Positions 27,219 to 37,567 of a DNA stretch of 64,000 nucleotides are shown here, piece by piece (the stretch's first letter is position 1; each line of letters opens with the position of its first letter). Source of the DNA: a phage. A model generated the notes under the pieces. That model searched no databases, had not been told where the DNA came from, and worked only from the letters and a program-made list of their open reading frames with translations. Made by a program: the position numbers and the translations under genes. Where the stretch lies: the sequence record PX930851.1; one strand, 5' to 3'.

Positions 27219-27756
27219 TTACTATTTCCAAAAGTTTATTATTTTTAAGGTAATTAGCCTTTTCTAGGACTTCAGAAGCATATTTAGAACCTGCTTTAAC
27301 ATTCCATCCCGAATTATAAGAGGATATTGCTTTTCTTATATCGCCCTTATGTATATTTAACCAATAAGAAAGTTCAATGTACGCCCAGGAAGCTGAATTG
27401 GATCGTTTATTCAACATTCTTTTTATTTCAGCATCGGTCATATTATAACCAAGTTCCTTAACTCTCGCTCGCATAGTAGGCAAATAATTTTGGAACATTC
27501 CGTAAGCATGATGTTTTGGTTTAGATTTTAAATTAACTCCGCCAGAGCTTTCTTGCCATAAAATGGCTGCCATTATATGACCTAATCCACTCTTATGAAC
27601 ATTTTGATGTGTTTTATATTTTCCATCCTTAGAAAACTGTTCCCCGAATTGATACGCGTAACGCATGTTATCGAGTTGGACATTACTGAAAGTATGCTCG
27701 GAGCTATGTGCCATCATAGAAATGGCCAATAGACCAGCGAGTAGTGCTTTTCTCAT
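27211..27756 (-). CDS. secreted lytic-transglycosylase-like (SLT domain) protein, 181 aa
   Basis: signal peptide MRKALLAGLLAISMMAHS; catalytic-Glu motif AILWQESSGG. Confidence 0.6.
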   Translation of the reverse strand: MRKALLAGLLAISMMAHSSEHTFSNVQLDNMRYAYQFGEQFSKDGKYKTHQNVHKSGLGHIMAAILWQESSGGVNLKSKPKHHAYGMFQNYLPTMRARVKELGYNMTDAEIKRMLNKRSNSASWAYIELSYWLNIHKGDIRKAISSYNSGWNVKAGSKYASEVLEKANYLKNNKLLEIVND

Positions 27757-27763
27757 GTTTACC

Positions 27764-28225
27764 TCATTGAGTTTTAATTACTGCTTTAGAAGCCTTTCCT
27801 GGTAAACGACGACTGTTGATAATTGCCATCCTACATTGAAGTGACGGGTCTTTGAACTTCTCATTAGGCTTACAAACCGTAAATCCAAGCCAAAGATTTC
27901 CATCTGTAATTTCTAAACGTCCAGGGCGATATTCAACTCCATCAATAAAATCCTCATCAATGTCAGGACGCGGAGGCATACTCAGGAATTCATTAACTTC
28001 TAAAACATGGTCTTTTATTTTATGGAATAATTCAAAAACATATGTCTCATCAATCTCCCGTTGAATTGCACGATCAAGAAGATGTTGAGAATATTTTAGA
28101 TGAAACGATGAGACTCCTGCTGCTTTTGATGCCTCACGAATCTCATTGTTAATTTGACGAAACTCCGACTCAAAATGACGACGAAGCTTATTTCGACGGA
28201 TAAAAACTTCTGTATTGATAGTCAT
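27764..28225 (-). CDS. regB: RegB site-specific endoribonuclease
   Basis: 153 aa matching T4 RegB length and N-terminus as recalled; own early promoter; synteny. Confidence 0.8.
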   Translation of the reverse strand: MTINTEVFIRRNKLRRHFESEFRQINNEIREASKAAGVSSFHLKYSQHLLDRAIQREIDETYVFELFHKIKDHVLEVNEFLSMPPRPDIDEDFIDGVEYRPGRLEITDGNLWLGFTVCKPNEKFKDPSLQCRMAIINSRRLPGKASKAVIKTQ

Positions 28226-28252
28226 GTTGTTCTCCTCTTAACTGATAGAAAA

Positions 28253-28282
28253 ATTATACCACAGTCAAGAGGAAAAGTAAAC
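28253..28282 (-). promoter_or_regulatory. phage early promoter upstream of regB
   Basis: -35 GTTTAC, 18-nt spacer, TGTGGTATAAT. Confidence 0.65.
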
Positions 28283-28284
28283 AG

Positions 28285-28563
28285 TTATTCTTTAAATCTA
28301 ATCAATTTATTCATAGACTTTGAAACTTCTGCACGAACCTCATGTAAGTTTTTAAGCTGTTCAAGACGCTGCTCATAGTAAGCAATTTCATCTTCTTCGA
28401 GACAGTCCTGTGAATCTTCTTTAAGATAACGTGCATAGTCCTGAAAAGCTTTACGGACTACTTCCTGGAAGTCATCAAGACTTTGAATTTTCTTAGGAGC
28501 GGCAGATACACGACGAGGTGCAGTATAATACTCATAACCAAACCCTGCACTTAATTGAGCCAT
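28285..28563 (-). CDS. hypothetical protein, ~92 aa (vs.3 position)
   Basis: start moved to ATG 28563 to remove overlap. Confidence 0.45.
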   Translation of the reverse strand: MAQLSAGFGYEYYTAPRRVSAAPKKIQSLDDFQEVVRKAFQDYARYLKEDSQDCLEEDEIAYYEQRLEQLKNLHEVRAEVSKSMNKLIRFKE

Positions 28564-28865
28564 TAGTATTTTTCCTCTGGTTGGAACACTGCACGACAAG
28601 CCCACATACTGGCTTCTTTGAGTTTCGTTTTAGCAATAGTTAACTGATCGAGGCTTTCAGCATAATTCTTCGCGAATTCACAGTCTTCACAATTATCTAG
28701 TGCTTCCCAGAATTCATCGTATAAAGCGTCAAAGATAAGTCCCAAACGAACTTCAGCGTCTTTGATAGCATTCACTTTACCGATTTTCTCTTCAGTATGC
28801 GGCTTATAACCCTTAATATCTTCAATCATATTTAACTTCCTCACCAGTACATAAATCGTATTCAA
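28563..28865 (-). CDS. vs.4-position protein; candidate Acb2-type cyclic-oligonucleotide sponge (anti-CBASS)
   Basis: ~90-100 aa ORF at the second position after regB, where T4 Vs.4 (reported as Acb2) lies; no diagnostic motif checked. Confidence 0.45.
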   Translation of the reverse strand: MNTIYVLVRKLNMIEDIKGYKPHTEEKIGKVNAIKDAEVRLGLIFDALYDEFWEALDNCEDCEFAKNYAESLDQLTIAKTKLKEASMWACRAVFQPEEKY

Positions 28866-29043
28866 CTAAACGAATAGGTTCATGAATGCCATATCCCTGA
28901 ACAGAAATTTCTGTCGTAGGATAAATTCCATCAATATCACCCATATTCCAGGCTTCATTAAATTGCTGTTCGCCTGAATTACTAAACCACTCGGCGAAAG
29001 CATTTAGTACATCTTTAGAACCTTCAATAATTATCTTTGCCAT
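28822..29043 (-). CDS. hypothetical protein, 73 aa
   Basis: ORF track. Confidence 0.45.
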   Translation of the reverse strand: MAKIIIEGSKDVLNAFAEWFSNSGEQQFNEAWNMGDIDGIYPTTEISVQGYGIHEPIRLVEYDLCTGEEVKYD

Positions 29044-29405
29044 TATAAGCTCTCAGTAAAGGTACGAGCGATAACGTCGCGCTGCTGTTCCGGAGTCAGA
29101 GAGTTAAAGCGAACTGCATAACCGGATACACGGATGGTCAGCTGCGGATATTTTTCCGGATGCTTAACTGCATCTTCCAGAGTTTCACGACGCAGAACGT
29201 TAACGTTCAGGTGTTGACCACCTTCAATTTTAACTGTAGGTTGTGTTTCAATTTCAATTTCACGGGCATGCAAACCGTAGAAAATTTCCGGGTCTACAAA
29301 AGAGTCCTCTTTAAAGGTTTTAGAGACAATAATTCGTGCTTGAATACCATCTTCAAAATAAATAGTACCTTTATGTGTGCCTTCAAGAATTTGATATGCT
29401 TTCAT
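29043..29405 (-). CDS. autonomous glycyl radical cofactor (GrcA/YfiD-like)
   Basis: C-terminal ~60 aa [60 protein letters not shown] matches E. coli GrcA as recalled, including RVSGY glycyl radical motif. Confidence 0.85.
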   Translation of the reverse strand: MKAYQILEGTHKGTIYFEDGIQARIIVSKTFKEDSFVDPEIFYGLHAREIEIETQPTVKIEGGQHLNVNVLRRETLEDAVKHPEKYPQLTIRVSGYAVRFNSLTPEQQRDVIARTFTESL

Positions 29406-29412
29406 ATAAACC

Positions 29413-29742
29413 TCAATTAGAAAATAAATTTATCCAAGATTGTTCTTTAATTAAAAATGGCTCAGAATCATATGCCATTAAACTTTGGGTGATTAGTCCT
29501 TTAAAAGGTCCATCAATAAATTCCATGGTAAAATATGGAATTTTATTCATTAGCCGTGCATTAGGAGCAGTACATAAAACTCTGCATCCTTTGAATACAC
29601 CCTTTTGTAATTTGTATTGCTTGGGATAAAATTCGCTCAAAATGTTATTATTTGCTAAAATTTCAAAATGATTCACCAATTTATTTTTAATAGTTTTTGG
29701 CGAAAAATAGAGATATTCGAAAAGCTGTGTGTCTGTCATCAT
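29413..29742 (-). CDS. hypothetical protein, 109 aa
   Basis: ORF track. Confidence 0.5.
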   Translation of the reverse strand: MMTDTQLFEYLYFSPKTIKNKLVNHFEILANNNILSEFYPKQYKLQKGVFKGCRVLCTAPNARLMNKIPYFTMEFIDGPFKGLITQSLMAYDSEPFLIKEQSWINLFSN

Positions 29743-30281
29743 TGCATTCCAATAACAAAAAATTGAGGACGAACTGTTTCACCTGTTTCAGCATTATAGC
29801 TTCGACAACAGTGTTGTACCGTTTTAATATGGATATTGTAAATCTTATCCATATCAGGAGCTTTAATAGGTTCGTCAATTATGTACAAGATACGAGAAAG
29901 CGATAACCCACGGAATTTATGACCTTCATTACCGATAAAACTACGGACAGAATCAGTAAATAAACGAAAACGTATATCATCATTAGAATAACGCGAAAAT
30001 TCCTTTTTAATGTTATTTGCAGAAATTTTAGCGTAAGCTGAAGTATTAGAAAGAACAATAACTGTTCCGCCATCATACAGCCAATTAGCAGCAAAGTTAG
30101 TCACAGCAATTGATTTACCGGATTGACGTCCACCATCTATACGAAGTGTGCAGTACTGTTTGAGCACATCTTCCATTGGTGGAAGATAATCATTCTTACA
30201 AAGTTCTTCTACTCTAGCATCAGAATGGTGTGTAAAAGCATTCATCAGGGATAGATAAGGACCAGTTAAAAATGTTCTCAT
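29739..30281 (-). CDS. P-loop NTPase-like protein, ~180 aa
   Basis: Walker A GGRQSGKS and Walker B-like ILYIIDEP; start moved to ATG 30281 (AGAGAG RBS); track N-terminal extension lacks RBS. Confidence 0.5.
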   Translation of the reverse strand: MRTFLTGPYLSLMNAFTHHSDARVEELCKNDYLPPMEDVLKQYCTLRIDGGRQSGKSIAVTNFAANWLYDGGTVIVLSNTSAYAKISANNIKKEFSRYSNDDIRFRLFTDSVRSFIGNEGHKFRGLSLSRILYIIDEPIKAPDMDKIYNIHIKTVQHCCRSYNAETGETVRPQFFVIGMQ

Positions 30282-30422
30282 TTTATTCTCTCTAAGTTTG
30301 GGCCATTCCGTGGCGCATGAATTGTCCATTTCTGTATTTACCCATTACCGCACTTGGGCTCGACCTTATCACAGGTTGGCGGGAATCCCTCATAGAATCA
30401 TGAGGTCCAGGTTGTTCCCATA

Positions 30423-30896
30423 TTATTTGAACGATTTAACGTACTGAATAGAACCTTTACTATTCACAAAGGCAATTTTACCATTTTTATTATACATGGT
30501 AGCAGTACGCTGATAACCATAGGTTTGTTTACCAGATTGATAACCAACTAATGCAAAATTATCTTCACCCATTTTATTCTGTTTAGCGCGAATGCGTTCA
30601 TGACCATGTGCCATAAGAACCTTAGCATCACCAGTTGCAATGGATCGACGAGTTTTTTCATCTTCAACTGCATTAACAAAGTCGTCAAATGAATCAAATT
30701 TAGCATGAGATTTATTATACAATTTTCCATCTACTGCATAATTATATCCCTGTACATCCATCTCAACTTCTGTACCATCATCCAATACAGCAGTAATTTT
30801 TTGACCTTTTTTAAATTTCAAAAGATCAGTAAAAGATTCAGCAATAATTTGAGAATTAATAGCTGCTTCAGTGATAAATTCTTGATATGTTTTCAT
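30423..30896 (-). CDS. internal-protein-like capsid-packaged protein, 157 aa
   Basis: N-terminus MKTYQEFITE matches T4 internal-protein capsid-targeting sequence, with I-x-E prohead protease site. Confidence 0.6.
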   Translation of the reverse strand: MKTYQEFITEAAINSQIIAESFTDLLKFKKGQKITAVLDDGTEVEMDVQGYNYAVDGKLYNKSHAKFDSFDDFVNAVEDEKTRRSIATGDAKVLMAHGHERIRAKQNKMGEDNFALVGYQSGKQTYGYQRTATMYNKNGKIAFVNSKGSIQYVKSFK

Positions 30897-30905
30897 GGGT
30901 TTCCT

Positions 30906-31322
30906 TTAAATGTAAATATTTTTACCGTAATACTTATACCAATGTGGTTTCATTAAAATTTTTTCATCAAGTCGTTGTTGACTCAATTTAATAGCTGATT
31001 TGCATGGATTATAATCATTTTTCCATTCTATTGGAATATCGCTGATGTCAGGAACTTCAGTATCTTTTATACTGAACCCGCGTTTTAAGCATTCCGTTAT
31101 AATGTCTAATTGACGCTTTCGCAAAAATTCTAACTTATCGTAAAAGAACGTAACATGACCAGAACCTAAAATAAACTCGGAAGATATTTTAAAATCTTTA
31201 ACGCGCTTACCGTTTGCCACATGCTTACGAACTATACCAAAAACACGCGGCAATTCACGGTATTCTGCGATTAAATGTTGATCAGCAAGTTCAGATACTA
31301 AAGTCAAATTAATACGAGTCAT
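30906..31322 (-). CDS. denV: endonuclease V (pyrimidine dimer DNA glycosylase)
   Basis: 138 aa; [17 protein letters not shown]... as recalled for T4 endo V; own early promoter. Confidence 0.9.
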   Translation of the reverse strand: MTRINLTLVSELADQHLIAEYRELPRVFGIVRKHVANGKRVKDFKISSEFILGSGHVTFFYDKLEFLRKRQLDIITECLKRGFSIKDTEVPDISDIPIEWKNDYNPCKSAIKLSQQRLDEKILMKPHWYKYYGKNIYI

Positions 31323-31347
31323 TTTATCCCTCCAAGTAACTGTGAAT

Positions 31348-31377
31348 ATACTATCACAATTCTAGGAGAAAGTAAAC
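31348..31377 (-). promoter_or_regulatory. phage early promoter upstream of denV
   Basis: -35 GTTTAC, 18-nt spacer, TTGTGATAGTAT. Confidence 0.55.
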
Positions 31378-31381
31378 AACT

Positions 31382-32350
<969 letters not shown>

Positions 32351-32369
<19 letters not shown>

Positions 32370-32839
32370 TCAGTGATAAAGTTATTTAAATTTTGAGTAT
32401 ATTTCTTTTCATCAAAAATCTTTTGTTGTCTGCGTAGCCGCCATGGCATTTCAATGAACGTGTACCATATCCCAGATAATATTGCTGCAGTAAAAATATT
32501 AACAAGTATGGTTAAAAGAATCCAATCTCCTATTCTGTCCATTGGATTTTTTATAAAAAAGTAAAATACGAATGATGTCACAGGAAGACTAATAATATAC
32601 CACAGAATCATAATTTTATCTGTGAACCAATCAGCGTTCGTTAACTTAGCGCGACCATTATGAATACACACGAATTTATCATCTGTTATAATAGATGGCT
32701 TAGCTGCTTGATATCCCATTCTAAACTCCCTAATCAACAAATTTTTCATATCTTCGGAACAACCATTCCAGTCAACTCTATCAACTGAAATGCCATCATC
32801 CCCATCATCTAAATCATACCAGCGAGTTTTTAAAATCAT
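32351..32839 (-). CDS. membrane protein, 162 aa
   Basis: multiple hydrophobic helices. Confidence 0.5.
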
Positions 32840-33210
32840 TTAATTTTCCTACAATCACTAACAAACTCTTCCATTGATTCTTTTTCAATATAAGACATGT
32901 AGCTATTATATTCCTTTAATTGTATTTTGTAATCTTTTTTTCTTTGCCAATTTATTTTAAAATTATCATAATGAAAATATAACATGGTACCAAAGAATGA
33001 AAATAATGAAATCGCTATAGTATAATGAAGTTCACTCCAAACTTCTATTATATCTATTATACCGCTGACGTTACTACGGATGTTTAAAATAAGACAGTCA
33101 ATTAACAATCCAAAAAGACTACCCGCAAGAGCTGCAGCCAACGCTACAGCAAAAATTAAAAATGACTCAGGAAGAGAATATTTGACTTTATTTAGTTTTG
33201 GCTTTTGCAT
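32836..33210 (-). CDS. membrane protein, 124 aa
   Basis: two TM segments. Confidence 0.5.
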   Translation of the reverse strand: MQKPKLNKVKYSLPESFLIFAVALAAALAGSLFGLLIDCLILNIRSNVSGIIDIIEVWSELHYTIAISLFSFFGTMLYFHYDNFKINWQRKKDYKIQLKEYNSYMSYIEKESMEEFVSDCRKIK

Positions 33211-33605
33211 CGTGATTCCTTAACAAATTTCATAATTTCATCAAATTCATGCGCAGCAAGTTTAAGCTGATGTTCCTTTTTAATCTTTTTACACTGAGCT
33301 TTCCAATCACGTACACGTTTACGATAGTGTCTTCCTTGATACCAATATCCTATCCAATTTATAGGTACTAATAAAAGCGGAACTACCAACGGAAGAATTA
33401 GTGTTGCTCCAAATATTGCACCAGATTCAATATCAGTCATAACGTCTATAACCATTCCAGCAATCACCAGAATCACAAATGATACAACTACCACAGGACC
33501 TATTAACACATCAGTAGAAATTATCTGACGCTTTAATTCATACTTCAACGGTTTACTTGGAAGGTATAGTGATGGTTTTGACATATTCTCTACATTCCTT
33601 AACAA
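33192..33605 (-). CDS. membrane protein, 137 aa; start uncertain
   Basis: two or three TM segments; overlaps upstream ORF. Confidence 0.45.
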   Translation of the reverse strand: MLRNVENMSKPSLYLPSKPLKYELKRQIISTDVLIGPVVVVSFVILVIAGMVIDVMTDIESGAIFGATLILPLVVPLLLVPINWIGYWYQGRHYRKRVRDWKAQCKKIKKEHQLKLAAHEFDEIMKFVKESRCKSQN

Positions 33606-34161
33606 ATTTTTCTAATAATAAATCGCTTTCAAAATTGGGATTTTCTACGAATTTATCAAAAAGATCATCGACAATAGTTAAGATATTCTTTTTACTAAGA
33701 ATACGTTTATTTTCATATTTTGTTTCAGAGTCAACTATAAGAGTAAAGAAATATTTCTTGCCCTGAAATTTTACAGTAGTATCAATATAGAATAAATTTG
33801 ACTTTTGTAAATTACGTTTAAACCATGCATCACTTAAACTATAAACGCCAAGATAATCATAATCGTCGTTTAAATAACAGACCGTCCATTCAGGAGAAAC
33901 AAAATCAGTAAATTCAACGTCAAAATCGCATGTTAATAAATGAATTGATTCAATACTATTAATAAGTATTCCAGGACGTATTAAAGACTTTTTACCTCTA
34001 GAAAATCTTCCAGAAAGATTTTCAACAGTTTCATATGAAGAACCCCAATAATAATTACGTCCTTCTGCCATACGTTTAAGAGCATTTAATAATTGGTCTG
34101 GAACATCAACCTGTCTTTGGAACTCTTCAAACATTGAATTGAAATCACTTTGCATTTTCAT
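33553..34161 (-). CDS. hypothetical protein, 202 aa
   Basis: ORF track. Confidence 0.55.
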   Translation of the reverse strand: MKMQSDFNSMFEEFQRQVDVPDQLLNALKRMAEGRNYYWGSSYETVENLSGRFSRGKKSLIRPGILINSIESIHLLTCDFDVEFTDFVSPEWTVCYLNDDYDYLGVYSLSDAWFKRNLQKSNLFYIDTTVKFQGKKYFFTLIVDSETKYENKRILSKKNILTIVDDLFDKFVENPNFESDLLLEKFVKECREYVKTITIPSK

Positions 34162-34182
34162 TCCTACTTACTCCAAGTAATA

Positions 34183-34196
34183 GGGGCCGAAGCCCC
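34183..34196 (-). terminator. tetraloop hairpin (weak terminator or stability element)
   Basis: GGGGC-UUCG-GCCCC right after stop of 34203-34796; no U tract. Confidence 0.3.
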
Positions 34197-34202
34197 TTAT
34201 CA

Positions 34203-34796
34203 TTATTTCAGAGAATTAATATATTCCTGAACATCGGCAGAGGTAGTTTCAACCCCAGAAATATTACCATTAAAGGTTTCAACTCGAGCAAGAGTATCTT
34301 CAATATCAACCTTAGTCAGTGCTGCAATTTCAACTACATCATCAGCAGTACTAATTCCAAGGGCATTCGCGGCGCGAGTTTCACGGATATATTCCAATTT
34401 AACTGCAAGTTCTTGGCGAGCATCATCTAACTCAACTACTTTCTTGGCGATTTCAATTCGCATTTCAGCATAACCATCAGCTTTAGTAGTCAACTGCTCA
34501 GCTGTTCGACGATATAGTAAACCAAGTTTAGCATGCATTGTTACATCTTGACCTTCCGAAAGGAGCTTGCGAATTTCACGCTCTTTTGATTCGGCCTGCT
34601 TATTCTTTTCGACAATAAGTTCACGAATACGCTTTTCTTCATTAATAGATTTAACAGAAGCAGTTTTTAGATCTTTAATTTTATCAAGCAATTTTGCTGC
34701 TGCGGCAGTATACTGCTCTTCAACAGATAGATTTTTAGCCATAGCAGAACCAAGTTTAGTGCGAATAAACTCAACAATTTTCTTCAGTGTGTTCAT
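34203..34796 (-). CDS. coiled-coil protein, 197 aa
   Basis: long helical/charged repeats; PspA-like resemblance only by composition. Confidence 0.55.
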
Positions 34797-34839
34797 AGTA
34801 TTTCCTTAGGTTGATTAGAAATTAAAATCTGCAGAAGAA

Positions 34840-35373
34840 TTATATCATGCTACTTAAGAGATGTAAACTATTTTTAATTTTACAAATTCGTTCAGCTTCT
34901 TCAACAGCGGCAGTGATAATGCTTTTAGCTATAGGAGTACTAATACTAGTAGCTTTTACACTTAACACGATTTCTTTATCTTTACCAGGCCAACCCCACG
35001 ATTTTTCACCATGGGTGCCTTTAATTACAGCAGACACCTCAAGTGAGCATCCATTATCGCATGTTTTTACATTAACAACCCAAGTGTCACTTTTCTCAAC
35101 CGGTTTATCCCAGTAAATATTAAGAATACGTGGGACATCAAATTTAGCAGGGCAAATCTTAACCGTAAGACCTTCGCTTTCTAGCCAATTAATAAGAGGG
35201 CGTTCATACATGCGGCGATGTGGGCTTTGAACTCGACAAGCTTTGTACCCATTGCTTGCGGCTTCACTAAGCTCTTCTAATACATGCTTTTGCATTATTG
35301 ATAAGATACCATCAAAAGATTTTTCGGAAGTTTCATTCAGTTCGGTATAAAGAGACATAACAGTTTTCCTCAA
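34840..35373 (-). CDS. hypothetical protein, 177 aa
   Basis: ORF track. Confidence 0.55.
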   Translation of the reverse strand: MRKTVMSLYTELNETSEKSFDGILSIMQKHVLEELSEAASNGYKACRVQSPHRRMYERPLINWLESEGLTVKICPAKFDVPRILNIYWDKPVEKSDTWVVNVKTCDNGCSLEVSAVIKGTHGEKSWGWPGKDKEIVLSVKATSISTPIAKSIITAAVEEAERICKIKNSLHLLSSMI

Positions 35374-35414
35374 ATTATAGGCTCATAATATCTCAATCAT
35401 GAGCCTATGTAAAC

Positions 35415-35678
35415 TTATTTCATATTATTGAAATATTCTTCTGCGATTTCGTCGTTATCATGGTAAACTTTATAAGACAGTTTAACATAACCTTCAGCAG
35501 TGAACATGTTAATCACAACCTTTACAGTATACCACTGACCATCTTCATTACCCATTACTGCATAGGTTTCAAACATCGGATGATCAGGACCGATAACTTT
35601 AATATCATTCACCGTACGACCAAAATCTTCTGAAACACATTTCATAAAGAAGTTGAACAGTTCACCGTAATTATCCAT
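35415..35678 (-). CDS. hypothetical protein, 87 aa
   Basis: start moved to ATG 35678 (GGAG RBS) below early promoter 35722-35751. Confidence 0.5.
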   Translation of the reverse strand: MDNYGELFNFFMKCVSEDFGRTVNDIKVIGPDHPMFETYAVMGNEDGQWYTVKVVINMFTAEGYVKLSYKVYHDNDEIAEEYFNNMK

Positions 35679-35721
35679 TTCATTCTCCAAGTTGTTTTCT
35701 GTATCAGTAGTTGATAGTTGT

Positions 35722-35751
35722 ATAGTACCATAGAAGAACAGGGATGTAAAC
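35722..35751 (-). promoter_or_regulatory. phage early promoter
   Basis: -35 GTTTAC, 18-nt spacer, TATGGTACTAT; same leader cassette as 18370 and 20290 copies. Confidence 0.6.
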
Positions 35752-35881
35752 AGTTTTGTGAAAAAATTTTTAAAAAGTTTTGGGGAATTCTAGGGCAGGG
35801 AGGGGAAATCAAAGGATAGGATAATATATTATAAAGGGTAGAAACTAAATGATGCCTAGAGAGGCCTGGAAAGGCCTAGAT

Positions 35882-35912
35882 ACCAAAAAGCCCCAACCTT
35901 TCGGCTAGGGCT
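35882..35912 (-). terminator. intrinsic terminator, copy 1 of a duplicated element
   Basis: hairpin with GAAA loop then UUUUUGGUA; near-identical copy at 36441-36471. Confidence 0.55.
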
Positions 35913-35919
35913 AAGAATG

Positions 35920-36393
35920 TTATTTGATTTGTTTAGCAGACCAAATGCGGTCTTTAATAATTTTTTGAATGTCTTCAACATACTCAAGAGAGTGAGCGTG
36001 TGGGTTATCTTTGAAACTATAAGCACGAGCTAGTTTTTGGCCTTCAGTTTTGATTACTAAAAGCTCTTTAAGGATAGCTTCATATTTGGAGATAATTCCT
36101 TTAACAATATTTTTCTCTTGTGCGACTTTAGGATCTGCTTTAGGAGCAGGTTTACCCGAAGCCTTTGCAAAAGCAGCGCCAGTAGCAACTAAACTTTTCC
36201 AGGCCATACTAACTGCATTTCCCGTAAATCCTTCCGCTTTCATGTCGCGTGCGAACTGGAATCGCGATTCATCAGAAGCATCTTTGTAAGAATATTTACC
36301 CGCTGCAATGGCTGCTTTTGCGACAGCTTGAATTTCGGTGCTAGATGCTTCATTTAACACCGCTTCATTTAAAAATTGAGTATATGATTTCAT
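35920..36393 (-). CDS. internal-protein-like capsid-packaged protein, 157 aa
   Basis: N-terminus MKSYTQFLNE (capsid-targeting-sequence-like, L-x-E site); late promoter 36434-36441; flanked by duplicated terminator hairpins. Confidence 0.6.
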   Translation of the reverse strand: MKSYTQFLNEAVLNEASSTEIQAVAKAAIAAGKYSYKDASDESRFQFARDMKAEGFTGNAVSMAWKSLVATGAAFAKASGKPAPKADPKVAQEKNIVKGIISKYEAILKELLVIKTEGQKLARAYSFKDNPHAHSLEYVEDIQKIIKDRIWSAKQIK

Positions 36394-36433
36394 CTTATTT
36401 CCTGTTTTAATTCGTGGATTTAATATACTACTA

Positions 36434-36441
36434 TATTTATA
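36434..36441 (-). promoter_or_regulatory. late promoter (TATAAATA) upstream of IP-like gene
   Basis: exact TATAAATA on minus strand; overlaps U-tract of upstream terminator. Confidence 0.6.
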
Positions 36442-36471
36442 CCAAAAAGCCCCAACCTTTCGGTCGGGGCT
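36441..36471 (-). terminator. intrinsic terminator, copy 2 of a duplicated element
   Basis: 10-bp stem (one mismatch) AGCCCCGACC-GAAA-GGUUGGGGCU then UUUUUGGUAU. Confidence 0.6.
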
Positions 36472-36524
36472 AAGCCTTGCGGCAACCTTGTCGGGGTTCC
36501 ACCTACTAAGGCAAGTGTTTGTAC

Positions 36525-36616
36525 GAAACGCCGGGATTCGAACCCGGTTATCAAGCAGTTGACGCTACTCAATATTTTTAAAAGGCCATATCTCGACCAT
36601 ATCCGAACGTTCCGTC
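36525..36616 (-). ncRNA. tRNA-like element (possible stable small RNA or degenerate tRNA)
   Basis: perfect T-arm CCGGG-TTCGAAT-CCCGG and 7-bp acceptor-like pairing (CGGAACG/CGTTTCG) but no canonical D or anticodon arm. Confidence 0.3.
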
Positions 36617-36782
36617 AAAAACGCTACTCGGCTTACGGCAAAGATATTTCCTCGAATCGATAATTCGGTGCGCCGTTTCTGCTGTGATATAAGGGGGCAT
36701 TAACAAAACATAAAGATTTATTAATGCCAGTCCTTAAACAGGGAACATCAGTCCGACGACTTACCGGTAGCGACCCGGTTTC

Positions 36783-37133
36783 TTAATATTCTTTTAAAGC
36801 ATCAATTTGTTCACGGCGTTTACGCCATAAATCAATTGCTTCATAAGCAGATTCAGCATTTCGAATTAGCCGACATTTATGTAAAGACTTATGATTTTGA
36901 TATTGTGTAGATAACGGAATTTTATCTAAAAGGTCTTTACGTTCAAAATATTCGTAACCATCTAAACCAAATGAACGATTTTTGAGAAATTGCCAATGAC
37001 CAAATTCGTTTTCGACATAAACATAATCTGCATGCTGATAAAGCAAATTAATTACACGTTCAGAAATAACAGTATCATTATGATTAAAATAGAATGTTAA
37101 ATCATGAACTACTAAGTAAACATTGCCTTTCAT
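36783..37133 (-). CDS. hypothetical protein, 116 aa, embedded in the tRNA cluster
   Basis: ATG 37133 with GAGGAAAAT RBS; track start 37181 would overlap tRNA-Arg. Confidence 0.55.
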   Translation of the reverse strand: MKGNVYLVVHDLTFYFNHNDTVISERVINLLYQHADYVYVENEFGHWQFLKNRSFGLDGYEYFERKDLLDKIPLSTQYQNHKSLHKCRLIRNAESAYEAIDLWRKRREQIDALKEY

Positions 37134-37151
37134 ATTTTCCTCACTTATAAT

Positions 37152-37228
<77 letters not shown>

Positions 37229-37232
37229 TATT

Positions 37233-37307
37233 TGGCGGACATGCATGGATTCGAACCATGGACCAATTGATTAACAGTCAACTGCTCTACCACTGAGCTA
37301 CACATCC
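37233..37307 (-). tRNA. tRNA-Asn (anticodon GTT), CCA encoded
   Basis: manual cloverleaf: D-arm GCTC-AGTGGTA-GAGC, loop CTGTTAA, T-loop TTCGAAT. Confidence 0.75.
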
Positions 37308-37311
37308 AAAT

Positions 37312-37398
37312 TGGTGGGGAGTGATGGAGTCGAACCACCCGAGTCGCAATGACAATGAATTTACAGTCCACACCGCTACCTCTACGGGATAACTCCCC
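37312..37398 (-). tRNA. tRNA-Tyr (anticodon GTA), long variable arm
   Basis: acceptor GGGGAGT/ACTCCCC, anticodon loop CTGTAAA, long variable arm, CCA encoded; D-arm pairing imperfect. Confidence 0.7.
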
Positions 37399-37410
37399 TA
37401 ATTCATAATT

Positions 37411-37485
37411 TGGTGGCCCTGGGTGGAATTGAACCACCATCTGGCGATTATGAGTCGCTTGCTTGAACCTTCCAGCTACAGGGCC
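37411..37485 (-). tRNA. tRNA with CAT anticodon (Met, or Ile2 if lysidine-modified as for T4 tRNA-Ile)
   Basis: acceptor GGCCCTG/CAGGGCC, loop CTCATAA, T-arm GGTGG-TTCAATT-CCACC. Confidence 0.75.
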
Positions 37486-37486
37486 T

Positions 37487-37562
37487 TGGTGCTGATTGAC
37501 GGAATCGAACCGCCGACCTTCTCATTACAAGTGAGTTGCTCTACCTACTGAGCTAAATCAGC
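37487..37562 (-). tRNA. tRNA-Thr (anticodon TGT)
   Basis: canonical cloverleaf; loop CTTGTAA; T-loop TTCGATT. Confidence 0.85.
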
Positions 37563-37567
37563 AAAAC

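Noticed and set aside
30282-30329. N-terminal extension of the P-loop ORF to 30329
   Set aside because: No Shine-Dalgarno before the upstream ATG, whereas ATG 30281 has one; region treated as non-coding spacer.
36480-36780. An eleventh canonical tRNA in this interval
   Set aside because: Only the T-arm and acceptor stem are present and no D or anticodon arm folds; kept as a low-confidence tRNA-like ncRNA instead.
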